64,000 nucleotides of DNA from an uncultured Methanoregulaceae archaeon. Lineage in GTDB: Archaea; Halobacteriota; Methanomicrobia; Methanomicrobiales; Methanospirillaceae. Of the stretch, positions 53,497-64,000 are shown piece by piece; position 1 is the first letter of the stretch; each line of letters begins with the position of its first letter. The translations under genes were made by a program, and so were the position numbers. The notes under the pieces are model-generated. The model did no database searches. It saw only the letters and a list, made by a program, of their open reading frames with translations, and was not told the DNA's origin. The DNA is taken from contig OY970343.1 in the NCBI GenBank assembly GCA_963717525.1, positions 864,001 through 928,000 on the forward strand, read 5' to 3'.

Positions 53497-54450
53497 TCAG
53501 GCACTCTCCCTCATCCCGATCACATTCCGGATCTGATCCTGTGTCTCCTTCGGTGTCCCGGTGGTGTTGAGCAGGTAGCATTCCGTCCGGTCGATGAGAT
53601 CACCGATGTATTGTTCCCGGAGGGCGGTCTTGCGGGCGTCCCGTACGAGAAGGTGAGGGTTGAAATACCCGTTCTCCGTAAAGAGCGCAAGCGCCTCGCA
53701 CTTCTCCAGCCGGCAGAGTATCCGGGAATTGGCCGGGTACCGGTGCAGGATGATGAGCGTCCCGAGGGTGGAAAGCGGGAGCAGCCTGCCCTTTCCCACC
53801 ACCCACCGGATGTCGGCCACTGCCCGCCCGTCTGCGTCAAACTCGTCTGCAGCGACAAGGCCGTCGAACTCCTTCCATATTGCGGAAAGGTCCTGCCGGA
53901 TGTAGAAGTTCCGCTCGGATCCGTACGCAAGGATCTCTGGGCCGAAGATCCGTGCAAAGAACCAGTCGTCAGAGATGATCCGGGCGTGGGGATCACGGAG
54001 GAGGCCATAGGTCTGCGTGGTCTTTCCCGCGCCAGATAACCCGACCATGCCAAGACCTTTTCCGGCAATGTCAACGCAGGCGCCGTGGACCGAAGAGATC
54101 CCGTGCTCGTCCTCAAGGATATCACCACACAGTCCGAGCGCAATAGACTTGATCCAGCCGTAGTAGGAGAAGTTTGAGAGGAATGCAGTCTTGGAGTACG
54201 GATCGAACTGCACGGTGTTCTCACCCACGGATGGGTCCCTGAAAACATAGAGCCGGCCGTGCGACCGGATGTTCTGGGACATCGGGTAAAAGTTCTCCTG
54301 CCAGGTCTCGAGCAGCGTCCGGTCATCGGAGATCAGCTTAATACAGCAGCCGAATATCTCGGACTTGATCTCGTACCTGGCCCGGGGGGCACAGCGCCCG
54401 GCGAGCCGCTCTTTCTCCTCCGGGGAGATCAGGGTAACATTGTAGGTCAT
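53497..54450 (-). CDS. HPr-kinase-like P-loop protein
   Basis: VHGACV, GLSGAGKTT, ISDDW (HPrK/PEPCK-type nucleotide site); start trimmed to ATG 54450. Confidence 0.7.
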   Translation of the reverse strand: MTYNVTLISPEEKERLAGRCAPRARYEIKSEIFGCCIKLISDDRTLLETWQENFYPMSQNIRSHGRLYVFRDPSVGENTVQFDPYSKTAFLSNFSYYGWIKSIALGLCGDILEDEHGISSVHGACVDIAGKGLGMVGLSGAGKTTQTYGLLRDPHARIISDDWFFARIFGPEILAYGSERNFYIRQDLSAIWKEFDGLVAADEFDADGRAVADIRWVVGKGRLLPLSTLGTLIILHRYPANSRILCRLEKCEALALFTENGYFNPHLLVRDARKTALREQYIGDLIDRTECYLLNTTGTPKETQDQIRNVIGMRESA

Positions 54451-54602
54451 GGAATAGCCTCGGACATGACGCACTTCTCTTGATAATCCGGCGTACCGGG
54501 ATAGGATGCTTTCGGTTGGTAAGTGTCCGTACGTATTGCCGGTACACAGGAATTGCAAAATATCTGTATCTGATAAATACGGAATAAGAGGAAAAACGCC
54601 AA

Positions 54603-55798
54603 TTACGGGATAGCGTCTGTATCGATAAAACAGAACGGATCCTCAGTGGAAAAATCACCGGTCTTTGCAAACGCCCGTACCCGGCAACCCCCGCCACAGA
54701 AATCGAAATACCCGCATTTCCCGCACTTTCCACCGACATGAGCGGGTTTTTTACGGAAGCGCTCAAGCACCGGGTGCGCAGCATCTGCCCAGAGTGTACC
54801 TGAAAGGCTGCGTCCGGATATTCCCGATAAAAAAATCCGGGGATCGGGCAAACTGGCAGGGATACACATTGCCGCACGGGTCGATATTGGCTACCCGGCT
54901 CCCTGCACTGCACCCGCCTTTTGAGGACTCCAACAGTTCGCGGGCATCTGCAAGGTCAGCAGAGCCATCCCGCTCCATGGACCGGATCAGGTGGACACAG
55001 TCCTGCGGTGCATCGACGGTGAGAAATTCCATGGTGCCGGGATCGGTCTCCTGCGCTTTCCGGTACAGCAGGTCAAGGGCAGTGGTAACCTCGCCGGGGG
55101 CGAGCTGGAGGCGGGAATAGTCTGTCGCTCCCCCTGCCACTGGGGACGAGCCAGTACAGGCAGAATCGGGAGGCACCCAGGGAAAGGGCCAGGTCAACGA
55201 TGGCTCCCAGTTCGCCGGCGTTCTCCTTTGTCAGCGTCACCCGTACACCGCAGCGGACCCCGGCCTCGTGACACCGGGCAAACGCCGCAACGGACCGGTC
55301 GAATGCCCCGGGCGTCTGCCGGAAGCGGTCGTGCGTTTCCGCAGTTGAACCGTCCAGAGAGATACCGGCATATTCGATACCACATTTTTTTATCTTTTCA
55401 GCAACTTCCGCTGTGATCAGTGTCCCGTTTGTGGAAAGCGCGGTCTTGATCCCTCGTGCGGCGGCATGGCCTGCAAGTTCCCAGATATCGTGGCGCAGCA
55501 GCGGCTCTCCTCCTGAGAAGAGGATGAGCGGAACTCCCATGCCGGCAAGATCATCGATGAGAGCCAAGGCCTCGGCAGTGGTCAGTTCCCCCTCCGTCTG
55601 CCGGTCGGGGCCTGAGCGGCTGTAGCAGTGGGTGCAGGTAAGATTGCATTTCTCGGTGAGATTCCAGAATACAACGGGTCGAGGCATTTCAGAAAAAGCA
55701 AGGTACCTGCTGGGGACTTGGCCGGCAGGAGTGCGCCGGTGCTTCATAACCTCGCTCACGGTTCCCCGGCCATGCAGGCACTGGGTAATCCGGTTCAT
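54603..55798 (-). CDS. ahbC: Radical SAM/SPASM Fe-coproporphyrin synthase AhbC (frameshifts ~55130 and ~54790)
   Basis: [66 protein letters not shown]; ahb context. Confidence 0.85.
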
Positions 55799-56285
55799 TT
55801 AGAGGTCGCCCCCGTCCTCGCTGATACGGACATTGGGTACGCGTTTGAACTCTTCAGGTACTAAAAAGGACGATATAGTCGCTCACGCCGATCTGGTCGG
55901 CAATTGCTTTGACCTCAGCATGTACCGCATCCCGGTTTCTCCCGTGGTGGACAGTATAGAAGGAAAACTCCCACTGACCAGGGACGGGGCGACGCTCGTA
56001 GCAGTGCGTCACGCAGGGAAATCCTGCAAGAAGAGGCCCGATATCCCGATGTGATGGATCTGCCGGTCTCCATGCAACAAGTGCGTTCGCCGAAATACCT
56101 GCCAGCCTCTGGTTGACGCGTGCCGTGAATTTCCGGACAATTCCTGATGATTTCAGATTCCGGATCCTCTCCTGCACCTCTAAACCGGTCAGGCCCAGGC
56201 GGTTACCGATCTCCTCAAACGGTTCCGGGATCAGAGGGAGCCCATGTTCCAGTTCCCGCAAGAGACGAATATCTAGAGAATCCAC
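55799..56285 (-). CDS. ahbB: Siroheme decarboxylase beta subunit (frameshift ~55856)
   Basis: GLPLIPEPF, NALVAW, VTHCYERR, YTVHHG, LFST-EEFK. Confidence 0.85.
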
Positions 56286-56287
56286 CT

Positions 56288-56785
56288 TTAATCCACCTTC
56301 CCATGCGATGGCAGGAACGGAAAACGTACATCGATTTTCAGCTTTTTTACCGTGGGAAGGTTGAGGTGATCTTTTGCCGGGACACCGGCCTGGTCAAGGA
56401 TCCCGGCCAGTACCTGTCCGACCCGTTCATCATTTTCAGCGGAGATCGTAAACCAGAGGGTGTAGTAATGGTCCCGCCGGAAATTATGGGATACTTCCGG
56501 GCAGCTGCTGATAATGGCAGCGACCTTCCGGACATTGTCCTCAGGAACATGAAGCGCGACGAGTGTCGCAGCGGACAACCCCATCTTCCGGGATTCGAGT
56601 ACCGGGGAAATACCCCGTAAGACTCCCTCTTCTTTCAACTTCATAAGCCGTTCCAGAAGCTCATGTTCGGCTATGCCGACCCGTGATGCGATCACCGCAT
56701 ACGGCCGGTCAACAAGGGGGATGTCATCCTGGAGTGCATCGAGAATACGCAGGTCAACCTGATCCCGTATTACGGGGGCCGTCAC
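56288..56785 (-). CDS. ahbA: Siroheme decarboxylase alpha subunit
   Basis: LQDDIPLVDRPY, VSHNFRR.H.YTLWFT, KIDVRF. Confidence 0.88.
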   Translation of the reverse strand: MTAPVIRDQVDLRILDALQDDIPLVDRPYAVIASRVGIAEHELLERLMKLKEEGVLRGISPVLESRKMGLSAATLVALHVPEDNVRKVAAIISSCPEVSHNFRRDHYYTLWFTISAENDERVGQVLAGILDQAGVPAKDHLNLPTVKKLKIDVRFPFLPSHGKVD

Positions 56786-57884
56786 GCTGCGCCGCCTCCC
56801 GGTTCATACGGGCACCAGGGATCATCACCGAAGATTCCGGTGTCGGAGAGATTCTCCGCCGGATAAGTCCGTCGCACCATCCCGTGGAAAATGCATCTGC
56901 TCCCCGGTATGCCCGGGCCCTGCACCCCCCGCAGATGGCATTGTAGTGACAACGGCCGCATTTCCCGGTGAGCATCGCCGGGTCGCGGAGTGCAGTAAAG
57001 AGAGGAGAGTTATACCAGATATCAGCAAAAGACGCAGTCCGTACATTCCCGGCACTCACCGGCAGGTACGGGCAGGGGGTCACATCGCCATTTGCGTAAA
57101 TACGGCAGTAGCTGATCCCCGCGATGCAGCCCCGCCCCCATGCAGGACTCATGATCCCGGCCTCATCTGCAATGCGGCGGAACTGCGGGGCACAGGTCGG
57201 GCGGATATTCACTCCATGGTCCCGGTACCTGATAAGGATCTGGCGGATCATCTCTTCGTATTCCAGAATGCCCGGATCTTCCCTTACACGAGCCCTCCCG
57301 GTCGGTACCGCAAAGAAGATCTGGAACTCCCGGACCCCAAGGACCGTGCCTGTCTCAATTACTCCTTCAACATCGCGGAGATCCGGGCGCATGACTGACA
57401 TATTGATCTGGACGCCGATCCCCTGGTTGCGGCAGTCCCGGATGGCCCGGATCGCCTGCTCCCAGACCCCGCTCATCCCCCGGAACTGGTCATGCACGGC
57501 CGGTTCGGCTGAATCAAGGCTGATCGCCACCGCACGGATACCCGATTCGCGCAGTTTTGCCGCGACTTTCTCGTTGATCAAAAAACCGCTGGTACCCATG
57601 ACCATCCGGAGACCCCGGTCGGTCCCGTACCGGGCGATAGAAAATACGTCCTCCCTCATGAGAGGCTCCCCCCCGCTCAGCACGACAACAGGGTTTCCCG
57701 TCTCGCAGATCTGGTCGATGACCCTGAAGGCTTCCTCAGTTGAAAGCACCCCTTCCGCTTCGCGCTCGCCGGCATCCACATAGCAGTGGGCGCATTTCAG
57801 CGGACACCGCAGGGTAATGTTCCACGAAATGATACGCGGTGCACCGGATGCACCGTTCAAATCTTCTGTCCTTTTGCCACGCAC
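56782..57884 (-). CDS. ahbD: Radical SAM/SPASM heme synthase AhbD (frameshift near 3' end, ~56862)
   Basis: SWNITLRCPLKCAHCY, LSGGEP, VPTGRA, PTCAPQF, RGCIAG, PCPYL, GKCGRC..CGGCRARAY; tail DPWCPYEP in shifted frame whose TGA overlaps the ahbA GTG. Confidence 0.82.
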
Positions 57885-57936
57885 TGCCCGGGTTCCTTAT
57901 CCGCCTTCCTCGAGGTTCTCCACGATGAAAAGGCGT

Positions 57937-60172
<2,236 letters not shown>

Positions 60173-60397
60173 TTATCCACTGTGATGAATTGAATATTCC
60201 TATACCTACCCAACTAACGATCGCCTCAGCAGCGGATATGGTTACGGTGTTTGAGTAAGGGGGCCTTCCGACACCGCCGTCCGTTGCAAGACCGGGGTCT
60301 TCTTCTTTGGATCCTGCAAAAACTACCCGGGATGACCGTCATTCATGAAAAGCTTAAAATATCCCTCCCTCCCTTTTTTCAGTTCAGTGAATCCCGG

Positions 60398-61220
60398 ATG
60401 AAAACCGACGACAATCCTGCAGGGATGGAAAAGATGCCCGTGCTCTTTATCGGCCACGGGTCGCCCATGAACATAGTGCTCAAAAACCGGTTCACCCGGA
60501 GCCTCGCCGATCTCGGAGCCTCCCTGCCCCGGCCTGCAGCCATCATGGTCATATCGGCACACTGGCTTACCCGGGGAAGTTTTGTCACCTGCATTGACCG
60601 GCCCCGGATGATCTATGATTTCTATGGGTTCCCGGAGGAACTTTACCGGGTGAAGTACGGGTGCACCGGGGCGCCACTCCTTGCAAAATACGTTACAGAG
60701 GCTCTGGAGCGGGGCTATCCGGTGCGACCATGCATGGGGGATCGACCACGCCTCCTACTCGGTCCTCATGCACATGTTTCCTTCGGCAGATATCCCGGTC
60801 TTCGAGATGAGTTTGGATTACACGGTCAATGACTGGCACCCAAAGACGATCCAGTACCATTACGATCTTGCAAAAAAACTCTCTGCCCTTCGTGAGAGAG
60901 GAGTCCTTGTCATCGGCAGCGGGAACATGGTACATAACCTCGGCCTCATAGACTTTGCCGACATGGACGCCGCGCCTCCTGCATGGGCGAGGGAGGCGGA
61001 CGAGTGGATGCGCGACCGGATTGTTGCCGGAGAGCACCACGAGCTTTTCGAGTATCCGTCCACAGGAGGTGAGTCGGCCTCCCGGGCGGTACCAACCCTT
61101 GATCACTATCTCCCGATGATCTATGCCCTCGCGTTGCAGGAAAAATGGGAGAGCATCCGGTTTACCTGCGAAGGATTCCAGAACGGATCAATCTCTATGA
61201 GGAGTTTCCAGATCGGCTAA
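60398..61220 (+). CDS. LigB-family extradiol dioxygenase (4,5-DOPA dioxygenase/YgiD-like) (frameshift ~60712)
   Basis: FIGHGSPMN, ISAHW, IYDFYGFP, WGIDH, GSGNMVHNL, AVPTLDHYLP, SISMRS. Confidence 0.9.
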
Positions 61221-61261
61221 AAGAGGAAACCCCCACCTTGCATAGGATTGAATGGGGGCCA

Positions 61262-61472
61262 CCCCCCACCCATTATTTTTTCAAGAGGGGATCACCCCCC
61301 TCCCCCCTTTCCGTGTAAGTGGGGGGTACCCCACCCCATGGTTCCAGCAGCCTGATCCTGTATTTCGCGTGGAGTCTTCACCTGAGCGAGTGTGCCGGAA
61401 ACGGCCGGAGGGGGGTGGCGAATACCCCCCTCCCCATTATTTTTTCAAGTGGGGGGTACCCTCCCCCCATGG
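61262..61472. repeat. G/C-tract modular repeat region
   Basis: CCCATTATTTTTTCAAG at 61269-61285 and 61433-61449; AAGTGGGGGGTACCC..CCCCATGG starting at 61317 and 61447. Confidence 0.75.
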
Positions 61473-61713
61473 ACCTTGGGCGTTTTGGGCCGGATAAATT
61501 CAGGCAGAGGGGAAAGATCGCCTGGCTCCTTTTCCGGACCGGGTAACGCCCTTTCCTGTGGGGGAATCGGTCATGGGAATGACACTGCTTAATAGTGCTG
61601 GTCCTGCCCGTTAATGACTTCTCGTTTTGAAAACTGATTCCTGACGTAACAATTATCTTCTCCGATGGTGAAGTTCCCGTGTCCAAATCCTTCGGTAAGG
61701 ATCGACATCAAAG

Positions 61714-62613
61714 GTGAACGAGATGGTAAAAGCATACCCGTATGGGAAGGGGGACGGAGGAGTCCAATGGGTATCCGGTGAATGGCTGGAGAACCACCTG
61801 CAGGATAAGGGCCTCCTCATCGTTGACTGCCAGCCGAATGTCCACGAATACATCCAGGATCATATTCCCGGGGCCCTGTATGCCCATGAGAACCTGTTCC
61901 GCATTCATGAAGGCGCAATTCCTACGCGTTGGATTCCGGCCGATGCAGCCGAGGTCCTCTTCAGGACGCTCGGGCTGGAACCGGAAAAACCGGTTGTGGT
62001 GTACTCAAGCGGAGGTCCTCTGACAACGTGCGGCAACTATATCGGCGACGGTCTTGAACAGACTATGGTCGCCTACACGCTCGCCCGTTATGGTCACCGG
62101 AAGGTCTATGTCCTTGACGGCGGGCTGGAGAAATGGAAGGACGAGAAGCGACCCGTCACACGCCAGTTCGATCTTGCCAAACCCTCTTCGTTCATGGTGG
62201 ACCTGCAGAAGGATTTCTTCGTGGACTACTATGAATTTACCCGGATGAAGGATCGGCCGGACGTCGTTGTTCTGGATGCCCGGCCCTCGCCGGTATATGA
62301 AGGGCAGGGCCCGTGGATCCGTCCCGGCCATATTCCCGGTGCCGTCAGCCTGCCCTGGAAGAGCCTGATGGACGACAAGAACAAGAAACTCATGAAACCC
62401 GATGACCAGATCACGACACTCGTGAAGGCTGCCGGGGCAACACCGGACAAGACCATCATCTGTTCCTGCGGGACCGGGCGGGAGGCCACGAACGAGTTCC
62501 TCCTCTTCCGCTATTACCTGGGGTACCCGAATGTCTTCCTCTATGAAGGGGGATTTACCGAATGGTCGTCGTATCCAGCCAACCCGACCGTAACCGGGAA
62601 AAACCCGCGGTAA
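61714..62613 (+). CDS. Two-domain rhodanese / thiosulfate sulfurtransferase
   Basis: Y..DHIPGA, VLDGGL..W, LDAR, GHIPGA, active-site CGTGREA, LYEGGFTEWS. Confidence 0.92.
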   Translation: MNEMVKAYPYGKGDGGVQWVSGEWLENHLQDKGLLIVDCQPNVHEYIQDHIPGALYAHENLFRIHEGAIPTRWIPADAAEVLFRTLGLEPEKPVVVYSSGGPLTTCGNYIGDGLEQTMVAYTLARYGHRKVYVLDGGLEKWKDEKRPVTRQFDLAKPSSFMVDLQKDFFVDYYEFTRMKDRPDVVVLDARPSPVYEGQGPWIRPGHIPGAVSLPWKSLMDDKNKKLMKPDDQITTLVKAAGATPDKTIICSCGTGREATNEFLLFRYYLGYPNVFLYEGGFTEWSSYPANPTVTGKNPR

Positions 62614-62908
62614 TTTTTTTAACTTATAAAAAATATGCCAGGTTTTGTCCGGCTGAATCAGACAAAAAGAGGGGAAGATACAGCATTTTGAGGGCAAGCT
62701 TCTCGTGCGCCGCGATCACCCGGATCATGATTCCCGGCGCTCTGTGCGATCGCTCAATTGGGGTATACTAAATTATTTATGACAAGGGGGGAATACGTCC
62801 AAAAGATGGATTGTCATGAGTTTTATCAGGGTCACCCATGGCATGTGAGATACCTCCCGGGACCATGAAACACGTTACAGGGCAGAGGGAAAGAGTAAGG
62901 GTGAGCGT

Positions 62909-63877
62909 ATGCAGGTCATAGAGACAAAAAAGCTGACAAAGACCTATACTGCCCTTACCGCTGTTGATAACCTTGACATGAAGATCGAGAAAGGGGAAGT
63001 TTTTGGCCTTCTTGGGCCGAACGGGGCGGGAAAATCGACAACTCTCCTGATGCTGACAACCTTAATCCCGCCGACATCCGGGACGGCTCTGGTGAATAAT
63101 TTTGACATCATACAAGAGCCTGACCGGGTCAGGAAATCAATCGGGATTGTCTTCCAGGACCCCAGTTCAGATGAGGTGCTGACCGGGTACGAGAACCTGA
63201 AACTCCACGGCCTCCTCTACGATATGGACGCCAAACTACGGGAGGAAAGGATCGTGGAGGTGCTTGCGCTCGTCGACCTCACCGGCAGAAAAGACGATAT
63301 GGTCAAGAAATATTCCGGGGGAATGCGGAGAAGGCTTGAGCTTGCCCGGGGCCTGATGCATCACCCCGAGATTTTATTCCTGGATGAGCCGACGCTCGGC
63401 CTCGACCCCCAGACACGTGAGCATATCTGGGAATACATCAAGAAACTGGCCACCGAGAAGCACATCACCATCATCATCACCACTCACTACATGGACGAGG
63501 CCGACCGGCTCTGCGACCGGCTCGCAATCATCGACCGGGGGAAGATCGTTGCACTCGGTTCCCCTGACCAGCTGAAAAAAGACCTTGGCGGCGACATCGT
63601 CCGCATGAAAATGAAAAACTTCGACAAGGACAAGCTCAGGGATCTGGACTACGTCAAGGATGTTAAAGAGGACGATGGGGCTATCAGCGTGACTGTGAAG
63701 GATGCGGGCAGGCACCTTCAGGATCTTCTCGCCCGGGTAGGCACGGTGGAATCAGTCGAGGTCCGACCGCTGACTCTCGAGGACGTGTTTCTCCACTATA
63801 CCGGCAGGACGATCAGGGAAGGTGCCCCCGAAGGCGGCTGGGCCGAGAAAGTAATGGCGGCGAGACTGAGAAAATGA
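62909..63877 (+). CDS. ABC-2 (DrrA-like) exporter ATPase
   Basis: GPNGAGKST, YSGGMRRRLE, LDEPT, TTHYMDEA, TLEDVFL. Confidence 0.93.
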   Translation: MQVIETKKLTKTYTALTAVDNLDMKIEKGEVFGLLGPNGAGKSTTLLMLTTLIPPTSGTALVNNFDIIQEPDRVRKSIGIVFQDPSSDEVLTGYENLKLHGLLYDMDAKLREERIVEVLALVDLTGRKDDMVKKYSGGMRRRLELARGLMHHPEILFLDEPTLGLDPQTREHIWEYIKKLATEKHITIIITTHYMDEADRLCDRLAIIDRGKIVALGSPDQLKKDLGGDIVRMKMKNFDKDKLRDLDYVKDVKEDDGAISVTVKDAGRHLQDLLARVGTVESVEVRPLTLEDVFLHYTGRTIREGAPEGGWAEKVMAARLRK

Positions 63878-64000
63878 GCGAGCTGAAAGGAATCTATGCA
63901 CTCTGGTACCGCGAATTCAAGGTCTTCCAGCGGGAGCGGTCCCGGATAGTCGCATCCATCGTCAACCCGGTGCTCTGGCTCCTGATTATCGGCGGAGGTC
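63874..64000 (+). CDS. ABC-2 exporter permease (partial)
   Basis: ATG overlaps the ATPase stop (ATGA); MSELKGIYALWYREFKVFQRERSRIVASIVNPVLWL. Confidence 0.85.
   Translation, partial: MSELKGIYALWYREFKVFQRERSRIVASIVNPVLWLLIIGGG

Noticed and set aside
50874..57884. RiPP cluster (SagB dehydrogenase plus radical SAM/SPASM enzymes)
   Set aside because: The radical SAM genes are explained as AhbC/AhbD flanking ahbAB; no YcaO or precursor peptide seen.

Overview
Archaeal chromosomal DNA whose gene content and protein sequences look like a hydrogenotrophic methanogen of the Methanomicrobiales (Methanoregula-like; inferred, no marker gene in the window). Left to right: grpE-dnaK-dnaJ; purH; ilvD; surface proteins; a complete but decayed 844-bp IS1595-family element next to tRNA-Arg(GCG); hxlB-aminotransferase-M42 peptidase; a six-gene operon encoding bacterial-type acetyl-CoA synthase, both CFeSP subunits, RACo, a MesB-like core methionine synthase and CooC, with no CO dehydrogenase; a structured intergenic repeat region; pdaD; a ~12.2-kb gene for a ~4,080-aa all-TPR protein; a DtxR-regulated Zn/Mn ABC transporter; geranylgeranyl reductase; a STAS/anti-sigma-kinase cluster; redox genes; katG directly upstream of ahbD-A-B-C; a LigB/YgiD dioxygenase; a rhodanese; and an ABC exporter. 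About 18 single-base frameshifts split otherwise intact genes and are most likely sequencing or assembly errors, so gene models were re-joined by hand. Best candidates for undescribed biology: (1) the CODH-less ACS-CFeSP-MesB module, possibly making methionine from acetyl-CoA; (2) a STAS protein fused to a domain resembling acetolactate decarboxylase inside a partner-switching cluster; (3) the giant TPR solenoid; (4) the ahb-katG oxygen-defence region. All family assignments come from motif recognition by eye, not database searches.
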